DNA of 64,000 nucleotides from an uncultured Methanoregulaceae archaeon (GTDB taxonomy: Archaea > Halobacteriota > Methanomicrobia > Methanomicrobiales > Methanospirillaceae). The notes under the pieces were generated by a model, which had not been told where the DNA came from, searched no databases, and worked only from the letters and a program-made list of their open reading frames with translations. The stretch is from positions 1,024,001 through 1,088,000 of the forward strand of contig CAVTTL010000001.1 of assembly GCA_963737635.1 (NCBI GenBank). The letters are read 5' to 3'. The position numbers were made by a program, and so were the translations under genes. Positions 32,048 through 41,703 of the stretch are shown here, piece after piece; position 1 is the stretch's first letter, and every line of letters begins with the position of its first letter.

Positions 32048-33274
32048 TTACGGAATCTCCGGTACTCCTCTGCACAGCGGTTTTGCGAGATGCCTTCGTG
32101 CCGTCGGGGGCACCTCATACCATCCGGTACTCAGCGTCCGGGGAATCTCGGTCACTTCTGTCTTTTTCTCGTGCGTCCCGCACTTCCGGCACTTGTAACC
32201 CTTATCTTTCCCGTCGCTCGTCATGCGCTTGCCGCAGACAATACACACCGGGGCCCTGGTGCGGAGATCCTGTGCAGCGGCAACCAGGCAGATCTTCTCC
32301 AGGTTGATGCTCCCTTTCTTGTAACTCCCGACCGCCACGATCCTGTCGCCCGGCACGAGTGCCCGCACGATTTCCCGGAAATTCTTGGTCGGCTCGTATG
32401 CCATGCACCGGACTTCTGAGGATCTATCCTCGATCGAGAACGAGACATGTCCTCCGGGGCCGGTCACCGGGCGGCCGGCGACCGTTCCCGGCACCCGGTA
32501 CGAGAGCCCTTCGCGCAGGGACCCCCATGTCCCGGGAAGGAGGTGGGCGTCAGTCCCTTGGTTTGTCACCCAGATCTGTTCGAGCGCCGGTTTTTCCGAT
32601 ACAATCAGGGACCGGGCCATCATTACCCAGGAGGGACTCTCGCCCCGGATCCCAAAGAGGACCGGATCCGGTGTATGTGGCACGCAGACCACAACGTGGT
32701 TTGCAAGGTCAACGGTATCCCACGTGTGGGGGAACGTCGTCTCCTCTGCAACAAACAGGCTCTTTGGGTCTACGTCACGTGGGGTGCCCCACCGGGCCGG
32801 GTCGCGGTATGTAAGGATTTCGTACGTAACGTCGGAAAAGACACTGGAGACTGCCGCCGTCGCGCCGATAAGCCCGCGCCGGTTCTTCCAGCCCCGGTAT
32901 CGGGCGCCTGATTTTTCAAGAATATTCACGGCCTCATCGATCTCGCAGAAGTCCGTTACTGCCTTCCGGTAAAAGGCCGGGTCCGGACGTGTCTCCGCTA
33001 CCACGACCCCGGGATTCGTCTTCTCGCAGGAGAAATCGGCAAGCTCCTCCACGATCCCACACGCGAGAGAAAATGCCCGGTCCGGGTCTCCTTCCACATC
33101 CAAGGCGATCGCTGCGTTCCCCCGGGTCTTGAACGTCACATTCGGGTTGAGCCGGACGAGGCGTGCCTCCCGGATCCGCATATGGTTCTTGATCAGTCTC
33201 CGGGCGAGCACCGCGCCAAGATAGGTGGTGCACATCCCTGTCGGGGAGTCCGTATCATCGATGCCGATTAGCAT
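32048..33274 (-). CDS. tiaS: tRNA(Ile2) 2-agmatinylcytidine synthetase
   Basis: IGIDDTDS..GMCTTY, RLNPNV.FKTRGN, TNQGTDAH, YEPTK, Zn ribbon, RRHLAKP. Confidence 0.96.
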   Translation of the reverse strand: MLIGIDDTDSPTGMCTTYLGAVLARRLIKNHMRIREARLVRLNPNVTFKTRGNAAIALDVEGDPDRAFSLACGIVEELADFSCEKTNPGVVVAETRPDPAFYRKAVTDFCEIDEAVNILEKSGARYRGWKNRRGLIGATAAVSSVFSDVTYEILTYRDPARWGTPRDVDPKSLFVAEETTFPHTWDTVDLANHVVVCVPHTPDPVLFGIRGESPSWVMMARSLIVSEKPALEQIWVTNQGTDAHLLPGTWGSLREGLSYRVPGTVAGRPVTGPGGHVSFSIEDRSSEVRCMAYEPTKNFREIVRALVPGDRIVAVGSYKKGSINLEKICLVAAAQDLRTRAPVCIVCGKRMTSDGKDKGYKCRKCGTHEKKTEVTEIPRTLSTGWYEVPPTARRHLAKPLCRGVPEIP

Positions 33275-33317
33275 GTCTATATTAATATATGGGCACGCTC
33301 CATCCATTTGTAACTGC

Positions 33318-34242
33318 ATGTCTCAGGATCGCCAGCTCCAGCTGGTCACCAGTGTGATGATATCGGCGGGATTCGAAGTATCCGAGAAGTTTACCCTTCG
33401 TCCGAGAAGTTTCGATCTCATCGCACGCAACAACGGGACACTGCTTGTGATCAAAGTCGTGACGCATATCGACTCGGTGAGCGAAGAAGCGGCGTTCGAT
33501 CTTGATGTGATCTCACATCATCTGGGTGGGGTGCCTCTTATTGTTGGTGAACGTGCCCGGGAGGCTGAGCTCGAACGGGGTGCGGTGTACGTTCGGTACG
33601 GCATCTATGCGATCAGCGTCTCGACTCTGTACGATTATTTTGTCGAGAAGATCCCCCCGCTCGTGTACGCGTCTCCCGGCGGTCTGTACGTGAATATCAA
33701 CGGTGACGCCCTGCGGGAGCTCCGTGAGGGGCAGCGTATGTCGCTTGGCGATCTGGGGCAGGTGCTTGGGGTGTCCCGGCGCACGATCAGCAAGTACGAG
33801 GGCGGGATGGGCACGACGCTTGAAGTTGCTATCCGGATCGAGGAGTATTTCAATACTGGTGTGGTCGAGTCCATCGATATTGTCCGCCGCGAACCTGCCG
33901 AATCCGGGCATGAGGAGCCAAAGAGACGACAGGGCCCGGGTATTCCTATCGAATTCTTTGAGCAGGCTCGGGATGCAGCTTCACACGCTCCGGGGCGCAC
34001 CGTTCCAGGCTCTCCTCACGTTCGACAAGCATACCATCCTTACGGGTTACGGCCCGGCGCAGAAAGTGGTCAAACGTGCCGCTCTTATCAGCAACCTCTC
34101 GAAGATCGCAAAGAAGCACGCGATGTGTATTATCACCGACTACCATCACGAAAAGAAGATCGGCCGGACGCTCGTGATCGGTGAGGAACGCCTCCACGAT
34201 ATCGCAGATGGTTTCGAACTCCTCGATATGTTGGGCGACTGA
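33318..34242 (+). CDS. Archaeal HTH transcriptional regulator (COG1395-like; frameshift near 33962)
   Basis: RSFDLIAR, GAVYVRYGI, ASPGGLYV, HTH LGVSRRTISKYE; C-terminus APFQAL...KRAALISNLS in ORF 33703..34242. Confidence 0.85.
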
Positions 34243-34323
34243 TTTTTTTTAAGTCTAGTATACATTTTCAGATTTGCTGATCTCGCGTGTTCATCATCGC
34301 AGCAGTGCGATAAAAAAAGAAGA

Positions 34324-34929
34324 TTATGCTTTTTTCATGAATTTGGGGGAATTTGCAAGAAATGTTAACGCTTTCTCTTTGTGGACGTATGCGGGGTACC
34401 ATACGGTAAAGACGATAGCGATTACCATAAAGACCCATTTGAGATTGTCCAGAAATACAAGGCCGAGATCAGGTCGTAACACGAGAAAGCCGTCAATTGC
34501 AGCGCCGAGGGTAAAGGCAAGTGCCCATACCGCGGTTATGATATAATTTACCCGCATGAAGAGGGGGCTTTTCGCTCGTTCGGGATCAACCCCCTCTCGT
34601 GAATACTGGAGGGTGAAAGGGAAATGGAAAAGGATGGTAGCCCAGCAGACTACGGCGATTACCAGCATAGAAAGTGCCGCGAGGTATTTTGCGAGATAGT
34701 ACTGATGCAATCCAATGATCGGGATAAAGAACGCGACGAAAAACACGAGCGTTACCACGGCCAGGATATATCCTTTGAGCAGTTGCCGGTAACTGAGAAC
34801 AATAGTGAGCGCAATGGCGACAATAAAAGCAAGGGTCAGACTCATCAGGGGATTTCCAAGCGGAGCTTCAGCAATAAGTGCAAAGGCAATCCACGGAATG
34901 AACGCGGTAAAAAGCGATATCAGGTTCAT
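34324..34929 (-). CDS. Hypothetical membrane protein
   Basis: About 6 TM; PFTLQYSRE...FMRVNYIITAVW motif. Confidence 0.75.
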   Translation of the reverse strand: MNLISLFTAFIPWIAFALIAEAPLGNPLMSLTLAFIVAIALTIVLSYRQLLKGYILAVVTLVFFVAFFIPIIGLHQYYLAKYLAALSMLVIAVVCWATILFHFPFTLQYSREGVDPERAKSPLFMRVNYIITAVWALAFTLGAAIDGFLVLRPDLGLVFLDNLKWVFMVIAIVFTVWYPAYVHKEKALTFLANSPKFMKKA

Positions 34930-35206
34930 GCCATACAGATAGAATTCGCGGATGGATAACTCTTTTGAAGTGTTTTTTCCCTTCTATTGGGAAATGAGCA
35001 GATTAAACGATTTTGGGAGAAAGTGTATAGCTAATCGTGACAGTGCCTGATTAATAGAGATGATAAAAATGGGATCGGTAGCATTCCTCAGTACGAGATC
35101 AGGATGAAGATCAAACCTTAATTAAGCCGGACGTTACTTCAACAACCCTGAAATAACGCCCATCCTTCATGAGTTAGTTACCCTATCCGCATTACCCGTC
35201 GCTGAA

Positions 35207-35812
35207 ATGGAAACGGATTTCGCAATAGATTCCACAGGATTCAGGACAACAACTTTCAGCGAATACTGCGGGATGAAACACGGACAGAAGAAACAGCACA
35301 AATGGATCAAGGCGCATATGGCAACCGGTGTAAAGACCAACATCGTAACCGAAATTGTGATAACTGCCGATAATGTCCATGACACTAAACCATTCAGGAC
35401 ACTTCTGAACGGGACAGCAAAGAACTTCGATATCAAGGAGATATCAGCAGACAAAGCATACTCATCACGCGATAACCTCGCCGCAGTAAAAGAAATCGGC
35501 GCAAATGCTTACATCCCTTTCCTGAAAACTGCTACCGGTAAATCACACGGATCACCGCTTTGGAACAAGATGTACCACTACTTCAAAATGAACCAAGAAG
35601 AGTTCATGGAACACTACCATAAGAGGAGCAACATAGAAGCAACCAACGCGGCGATTAAAAGGAAGTTCGGAGAGACTTTGAAATCAAAGAACTCCGTTGC
35701 TCAGGTAAATGAATTGCTTGCGAAGATCATCGCTTACAATCTAACGGTAGTAATCCACGAGATGTACGAGAATGGAATCTCACCGGACTTCTTACAAATA
35801 AAAAGATCTTAG
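35207..35812 (+). pseudogene. DDE transposase (IS5-like), N-terminally truncated
   Basis: FAIDSTGF, WIKAH, ISADKAY, YHKRSNIEATNAAIKRKFGE, KIIAYN. The frame extends upstream (YFNNPEITPILHEL) without a start codon. Confidence 0.8.
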
Positions 35813-35818
35813 TAATTT

Positions 35819-36292
35819 TTACTTGTGGTTATATTTCGATAAATTTTCTTTTAATTCCGGATTTCCCCGAATTATAAGATTGTAAAGTGTTGTCCAATAT
35901 TCTAGTTTCACTTCACTTCGACCAAACATATTCATTTTAACAAATTGTGATCCTTTTAAGGAAACATTCGCCATAATTTCTTCGTAAGTTATCGGATCAA
36001 TGTGTATATTTTCTGTAATTCGTTCAATATCTGCAAAATAATCCGATTTTTGCTTTGTCCACTCTCCTGCACCCTCCAACTTCGCAGTGCTCGTAACTTT
36101 AAAAATAGATTTAATAGCCCCATGAGGTTTTGTGTAATAAAATAAAATTAAATCGTTTGGCTCTACGGTTTTACGGACACTCCATCCAGAATGTTTTTTA
36201 GCACTATCCAACTCCTTACGACGATCCTCATGTGCACCGCGTTTATCAATACCAACCGACATGATCCATATCTTTGACATATTTCGCTCCAT
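35819..36292 (-). CDS. EVE/PUA-like domain protein
   Basis: WSVRKTVEPNDLILFYYTKPHGAIKSIFKV and PITYEEI pattern. Confidence 0.65.
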   Translation of the reverse strand: MERNMSKIWIMSVGIDKRGAHEDRRKELDSAKKHSGWSVRKTVEPNDLILFYYTKPHGAIKSIFKVTSTAKLEGAGEWTKQKSDYFADIERITENIHIDPITYEEIMANVSLKGSQFVKMNMFGRSEVKLEYWTTLYNLIIRGNPELKENLSKYNHK

Positions 36293-36486
36293 GTGAAATA
36301 TATCGCAATCGTTTTAATAATTGTTCGGATTTTGATCTCTGCACCTAAAGTCCGGTGTCTGCACCTAAAGTAGGGTCAAAAAGTGACTTTGGGTGCAAAG
36401 CCCCCCTCTAGAGGTTCTGGTGCGTCTGCGGTTGATCCACCGCGCTCGCGGTTGGTGGTGCGTGGCGGTTGGTAGGAACGCAGAGA

Positions 36487-37608
36487 TTAGAAACCATCAA
36501 AGAATTGACTTTTTCTAAATCCGATGACACATCCATCTGGATATGTTCCATAGCGGCTGGTTCGATTGGATACTATTATCCGATTGCTATCTTCTAAAAT
36601 CTTTAAACTTCTTGACCACATTTGAGGGAATGGGGTATGCTCAATACAAAATTCTTTTAATTGGGTTGTTGTTAGGGATCTTCCTATCAAAGATTTGTAA
36701 ATAAATTCTGCCTCATCCTCAAATTTTGAATCCTCACAATAAGATACCAAGAAACTTTGACCGGCATCTGTTATATCGGAAAAACTAAAAGTTCCTCTCG
36801 GATCAACTTTGAGCATTGCTCTTTTCATATACGACAATCCATCAATGTGATTTGAGGCAAAAAATAGATGATAGGAGACATTATTCATTTTGTCAACCAT
36901 TTCAAAGGATTTGACATATTTTGAAGCTGTTTTGAGTTGCATATGGTATAATTCAATTATTTTTGATAGGCGTTCATTGGGGTTTCTAAGTGGTCTAATG
37001 TTTCGCCATTCCGATGTTCCAAACAATCCATCAAATGTTTCCTCTCTTGGATCGTCCTTAGCTTGGATAAAACGATTAATTCCATTATAAGCGAAATTAA
37101 TGAATACCTCACAGCTTCGGAATGCGAGAATTCTTTCGATTATGTAAAATGGCAATCCACTATATCCAAAAGGATCAATAAACGCAAATGTAGGAGCTGA
37201 GCTTTTACTCTCTTTATCGAGAGCCGCCAACAAAGCTTTCATTGCAGTTTCAAAATCCGCATGATATACATCCACCTTAACATTTTTTGGCAAATCTGGG
37301 AATCGCTTTTTTATTGTCCTTTCTAATATTTCCGCCCTTGTTGCGTCTTGTTCAATAAAAATAAAAACAAATTCTGTAGATCCATTGCATAATTCATGCG
37401 AATGCCCTAAAAGACATCTCAGTGCAACTAATGGTGAGCCATCCTCCCCATTTTCATATTTACCGGGACCGGCAAAACCATCGATATAAACAAGTCTTTT
37501 GTTATGAGCTTTTGATAAAATAGGATACCACGCTTTCAGGTATTCTTCTAAAATTCTATGTTTTGCCTCAGTATGTGGTTCTTTTATCCAAACGGCGGAT
37601 TCCGGCAT
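36487..37608 (-). CDS. tcmP: Three-Cys-motif partner protein (TcmP; SAM-MTase-like fold plus C-terminal wHTH)
   Basis: HTEAKHRILEEYLKAW, YIDGFAGPGKY, GSPL, FAFIDPFG, EVFINF, YHLFFASNH. Confidence 0.88.
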   Translation of the reverse strand: MPESAVWIKEPHTEAKHRILEEYLKAWYPILSKAHNKRLVYIDGFAGPGKYENGEDGSPLVALRCLLGHSHELCNGSTEFVFIFIEQDATRAEILERTIKKRFPDLPKNVKVDVYHADFETAMKALLAALDKESKSSAPTFAFIDPFGYSGLPFYIIERILAFRSCEVFINFAYNGINRFIQAKDDPREETFDGLFGTSEWRNIRPLRNPNERLSKIIELYHMQLKTASKYVKSFEMVDKMNNVSYHLFFASNHIDGLSYMKRAMLKVDPRGTFSFSDITDAGQSFLVSYCEDSKFEDEAEFIYKSLIGRSLTTTQLKEFCIEHTPFPQMWSRSLKILEDSNRIIVSNRTSRYGTYPDGCVIGFRKSQFFDGF

Positions 37609-37624
37609 TATTATTTTATAAATT

Positions 37625-38398
37625 TCAATAGGATAATAAGTCTTTCTTGATGTAATGCGACTTTCCATATTTTTTTAACTTTGCCGTAACTTTAATCCTA
37701 AAATCTCGCCAATCAATGGTTTTTGCTTGGGCGTTATAATTTAATTTTCCCACTTTGTAAAAATCTACAAAATCTTTTGTTAAGTCGATCAATTTGAGAG
37801 TTTGCTCAGGTATCCAAACGGGTTCCAGTGATACATATGTCGGGATACCCATATCATGCGCTTTTTTCAAAGCCTCAATCCTTTCATTTGTTGGTGCTGC
37901 TCCACCCTCAATTTCCTTTCTGTATTCTTCATCTGTAAAAACTAACGTAGCACCATATTCACTTAATTCGGGGCTTTTCGACAGTAAATCAAAATCCCTT
38001 TCTGATCGTTTTCCGCCTTTGGTCAATATTGAAACTTTTAATTTATGTTGGTGTAATATCTGGATCGCTTGCCTACTGAGTTGTTGCTTAACATCCAGTG
38101 GTTGATATGGGTCTGTGGTGAAAGATAACAAAATCGTACGTTTTTCGCCAATGCTCTCTAAATAAGCAGCATCATCATAGAATTTATTAATAACTCCCGT
38201 TCTGGGAGTTGGTTTGTAAAAATTCTCTTTTGTCATATACAGGGTTGCAGGGGCGTAACAATACGAGCAACGGTGACTGCACCCCCGGTAAAGGTTTGCT
38301 GCTAATTCACAATATTCACGCGCTTTCCCTCGCGGTTCGTATATTATTGATGTTTTTAGCCGGTTTTCTTCTTTCGAAACCAACTGGCAGCTTTGCAT
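37625..38398 (-). CDS. Radical SAM protein (SplB-like)
   Basis: GCSHRCSYCYA CxxxCxxC motif, SFTTDPYQP, ILTKG, YVSLEP. Confidence 0.88.
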   Translation of the reverse strand: MQSCQLVSKEENRLKTSIIYEPRGKAREYCELAANLYRGCSHRCSYCYAPATLYMTKENFYKPTPRTGVINKFYDDAAYLESIGEKRTILLSFTTDPYQPLDVKQQLSRQAIQILHQHKLKVSILTKGGKRSERDFDLLSKSPELSEYGATLVFTDEEYRKEIEGGAAPTNERIEALKKAHDMGIPTYVSLEPVWIPEQTLKLIDLTKDFVDFYKVGKLNYNAQAKTIDWRDFRIKVTAKLKKYGKSHYIKKDLLSY

Positions 38399-38479
38399 TT
38401 TTATTCTCACCAATTAAAAAATCTATATGGATATGATACTATATTGATCTTCCGGTGCATGGGGTGAAAGTGTAAAAAG

Positions 38480-38704
38480 TCACTCGGTTTTAAGAGTGTT
38501 GTTTTTCGTTTCTTTTTCCTTTCGTGTTGTCCAAGCTTTCTTTGCGATTTCACTTCTTCTTTGTTGTTTTGTTTCTATCCATAACTTGATTGCTTCATGC
38601 AATGCGATTGAAAGGTTTCCCCGTTTCATTCCCAACTCTTTAGCAACCTCCGTTCTGAATTCATTTTCAAGGTCATCTGGAAGAATAACGTCAATTCTGC
38701 CCAT
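38480..38704 (-). CDS. Ribbon-helix-helix DNA-binding protein
   Basis: GRIDVILPDDLENEFR...KRGNLSIALHEAIKLW. Confidence 0.8.
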   Translation of the reverse strand: MGRIDVILPDDLENEFRTEVAKELGMKRGNLSIALHEAIKLWIETKQQRRSEIAKKAWTTRKEKETKNNTLKTE

Positions 38705-38777
38705 AGGTTTTCACAAATAGTATAATGTCTCTCTCCGTTTATACACTTTTCCCCTTAACCACAATGGATAAATACTT

Positions 38778-38795
38778 TAACCACATATGTGGTTA
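38778..38795. promoter_or_regulatory. Perfect 18-bp palindrome, candidate RHH operator
   Basis: TAACCACATATGTGGTTA plus a half-site TAACCACA at 38756-38763, in the divergent RHH/transposase intergenic region. Confidence 0.6.
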
Positions 38796-38830
38796 TGTGT
38801 ATAAACCCGTCTGTGTGTTTAACCAATGAG

Positions 38831-40024
38831 ATGATGAAAATGATACGGCAACTTACCAACCCACGAGAATTAAAAGCACTGGCAATGCTCAGCGAACCCG
38901 ATACCGTACTCCAGACTGGCAAAGACGAGTGGGATGTTAGATCGCAGTCGAAAAACGCGTATTATCAGGTTGCCCGAAGTTACAAAGATCGGAATGCTCG
39001 TATGCGAGGACAGGCAACATGGACATGTTCATGTCCTGATTTCCAGACTCGCAACGTCATATGCAAACATCAGCACGCCGTGATGCTTTCCTTAAAGATT
39101 GCCGGTGATGTTCAAGAACAGAGTGCTCCAGCCGCCATTGCTGAGGCAGAACCAAAGATTACCTGCCCTTCATGCAAGAGCGAAAATATTAAGAAATGGG
39201 GAATCCGGAAGACCCGATATGGCACTACTCAGCGGTACGCGTGCCACGAATGCAATCATACTTTTGTCGTTGACAAGGGGTTTTGCCGGATGAAACATTC
39301 CCCTGAATCAATCACACTTACCCTGGATCTCTACTTCAAAGGATTGTCGGATCGGAAGATTGTGGATCACCTTAAACAATTCCACAATGTTACCGTCGTT
39401 CACACTACAGTTATTCGATGGATTCACAAATACCTGAAACTCCTGTCAACCTACGCTGAGAAGTATAAAGTCGATGCCGGGAATATCTGGCATTGCGATG
39501 AAACAACCGTTTTTATCAAGAAAGAAGGTGAAAAGAAGCACTATCAGTGGATATGGAATTTGATGGACGCAAAGACCCGCTATCTTCTGGCATGTCAGGT
39601 TACTGAGCACCGGTTCGTAAAGGATGCCCGAAAGCCCCTGAGCAAGGCAAAAGCGATGGCAAAGAATATACCGGATGCGATTGTGACGGATGGCCTACAA
39701 GCATACCGAGATGCAATTAAGGCTGAGTACTATGGGCTAGGGCGCATCCAGAACCCACACATCAGACTGAAGGACTTTGAAACCAAGCCGAACAACAACA
39801 TTCTCGAACGGTTAAACGGCACGTTCCGAGAGCGCACAAAGGTAATGCGGAGCCTTGATAGCGCAATCGGTGCCGGAGAGTTTGCCGCTGGTATGCAGAC
39901 GTATTACAACTATATCCGACCTCACATGGGGATCGACGGAATGACGCCGGCACAGATGGCAAATATCCCGATTAATCTGATGGGGAACCGATGGGAAACT
40001 ATGATTGGGCTGGCGGTAAAATAG
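38831..40024 (+). CDS. IS6-family DDE transposase with N-terminal SWIM finger and Zn ribbon
   Basis: CSCPDF..CKH (SWIM), CPSC...CHEC, WHCDET, IVTDGLQAY, NNILERLNGTFRER, YYNYIRPH. Confidence 0.92.
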   Translation: MMKMIRQLTNPRELKALAMLSEPDTVLQTGKDEWDVRSQSKNAYYQVARSYKDRNARMRGQATWTCSCPDFQTRNVICKHQHAVMLSLKIAGDVQEQSAPAAIAEAEPKITCPSCKSENIKKWGIRKTRYGTTQRYACHECNHTFVVDKGFCRMKHSPESITLTLDLYFKGLSDRKIVDHLKQFHNVTVVHTTVIRWIHKYLKLLSTYAEKYKVDAGNIWHCDETTVFIKKEGEKKHYQWIWNLMDAKTRYLLACQVTEHRFVKDARKPLSKAKAMAKNIPDAIVTDGLQAYRDAIKAEYYGLGRIQNPHIRLKDFETKPNNNILERLNGTFRERTKVMRSLDSAIGAGEFAAGMQTYYNYIRPHMGIDGMTPAQMANIPINLMGNRWETMIGLAVK

Positions 40025-40031
40025 AATATTA

Positions 40032-40517
40032 TCAATCTGTTTTTTGTTGGGATTTGAGTTTGTCCTTCACATATGCAAGTTCAATTAAATCGAGCATATC
40101 TCCCCGATCAGAGCTCAAAATAGGGAACGTTGAATATACTAACTGAATGAAGCGGTTCCAATCATATTGCTTTGTACTGTTAATCACAAAATCCAACATA
40201 TTTTTTTCGTCTATCGGTATATTAATTGGATAGTTTTCGTTGGACAGTTTAATCAGTGTTTTTTTATGACCAAAAGAATTTTGAGTGTTTTCGATTTCGA
40301 AAATGGATGGGTTATCTTTTGCACAATTATAAATATCCCATACAAACGGCCCAAAATTATTAAATTCCCATTGGATACCAGTGATTTGTTTTTTATTTTT
40401 TAGGGCAAATTTCCAATCGGCAAGATACACAAGTTTTGTTAGACGCGCATTGGACAATTCAGATTTGTGGGGGTAATTTTTAAGAAGATAAACCAATACA
40501 TCAACCAATTTGCTCAT
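40032..40517 (-). CDS. Panacea (DUF4065/SocA-like) domain protein
   Basis: RLTKLVYLADW...ITG..W..NNFGPF. Confidence 0.85.
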   Translation of the reverse strand: MSKLVDVLVYLLKNYPHKSELSNARLTKLVYLADWKFALKNKKQITGIQWEFNNFGPFVWDIYNCAKDNPSIFEIENTQNSFGHKKTLIKLSNENYPINIPIDEKNMLDFVINSTKQYDWNRFIQLVYSTFPILSSDRGDMLDLIELAYVKDKLKSQQKTD

Positions 40518-41422
40518 TATACATCCTGTTCTAAGTTCTCTTCTTCAGATTCCCAATTCTCACCTAAATATGGATTAGGGAGCTCTAACCTTAAAATTAT
40601 TTCCTTACATATATTAATCTGTTCGGAGTCCCTGAATAAGCCTTCTAATTCTCTTTTTGTGAAACGGGTGTTTTTCGTAGACTCTACAATAAATATTGCC
40701 TTTGGGTGGTGGTTTTCTCCTATCCTATAACCATAAATTAGTGGGGGTTTCATTGAAAATAACTCAGCCACTTCACGAGGAATATGCTCTAAAGTCTCTA
40801 ATGCAGTATAATATTCCTCTAAGGCTCGAATGGGATCTGGGTAAATTTTAAAGTATTCACCATCATTCCAAGCATGGCTTATTGCTCCCTGATCTGGGGG
40901 GTACTGATGTCTACGTACTGCATTATAGATAGGATTCGCTGAATATCGAGCGATAGGAAAGAATCCCGCTTCATCAAATACGTATAAGCTTATACGATCT
41001 GTTTTGTGAGTTGCGCCACCAAAATCGAGAATGCAATCTCCAATGTACCTATTTAGAAATTCAACAATTTCTTTGATGGTGTCCTGATGGAGTTCATCTT
41101 CTCCAGTAAGTCCATCAACCTGATCTTTTAAGTCTTGGTTTTCCTTTATTACATCCTTAAGTCTTTTTTTGTGCTTGTATGACAACCATACAATTGCAAG
41201 AGATAATACGATTAGAATAATGCCGCCAATTGCAATTTCAATATTAAAAACCGATGAAGTTGCCTTTGTAATGTCTGCCTTTGAGATATCTCTTATTAAG
41301 TCATAAAATATCGAGGAGAATACCGAGAAATAGATTCCGGTAATCGACGAAACTATTAGGACGGGTATTTCAGAATAATCCGTGAGCCATTCTTCGATTA
41401 TTTTGATGTATTTCCAAACCAT
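40517..41422 (-). CDS. Hypothetical protein: two TM helices, coiled coil, GAF-like domain
   Basis: Two hydrophobic segments, LKDVIKENQDLKDQV, DRISLY...RYSANP...QGAISHAW. TAATG overlap with the Panacea gene. Confidence 0.7.
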   Translation of the reverse strand: MVWKYIKIIEEWLTDYSEIPVLIVSSITGIYFSVFSSIFYDLIRDISKADITKATSSVFNIEIAIGGIILIVLSLAIVWLSYKHKKRLKDVIKENQDLKDQVDGLTGEDELHQDTIKEIVEFLNRYIGDCILDFGGATHKTDRISLYVFDEAGFFPIARYSANPIYNAVRRHQYPPDQGAISHAWNDGEYFKIYPDPIRALEEYYTALETLEHIPREVAELFSMKPPLIYGYRIGENHHPKAIFIVESTKNTRFTKRELEGLFRDSEQINICKEIILRLELPNPYLGENWESEEENLEQDV

Positions 41423-41703
41423 TTTTGAGGTTGTCCATATTTTTAAATTATATCGCAAATCTGAGTAGCTGTTGGGAATATAAAAAGAAAATGTATTGAA
41501 ATCGGTTTCATATTGTATTAAAACACAATCGGTCATTCATAGCACCATCAAAAAAGTGCATTGTTGCCTTGATCGCGCGAAACCAACCGCGATGCACCAG
41601 TACAGGTGAAATGCACCAAACAACCGACAACGCACCAGCACCCCTCTAGAGAACCATTATATAGAACCACAAACCAATTTTAGTGCTAAAAGTGGTGAAT
41701 TTT

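Larger units (their letters stand above)
35130..36402 (+). mobile_element. 5'-truncated IS5/IS903-like element with EVE passenger
   Basis: DDE transposase, then a passenger gene, then a right end whose reverse complement reads GGCTTTGCACCCAAAGT (IS903-like GGCTTTG start). Two internal TCTGCACCTAAAGT copies at 36338 and 36358. No matching left end seen. Confidence 0.65.
36413..41642. mobile_element. Cargo-carrying unit transposon with one IS6-family transposase
   Basis: TIRs GGTTCTGGTGCGTCTGCGGTTG (36413-36434) and the reverse complement of 41621-41642, GGTGCTGGTGCGTTGTCGGTTG (18/22 match). Flanked by direct repeat CCTCTAGA at 36405-36412 and 41643-41650. Confidence 0.88.

Noticed and set aside
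36338-36480. Mini-CRISPR array
   Set aside because: There are only two 14-bp repeats with a 6-bp gap and no cas genes; transposon end binding sites explain them better.
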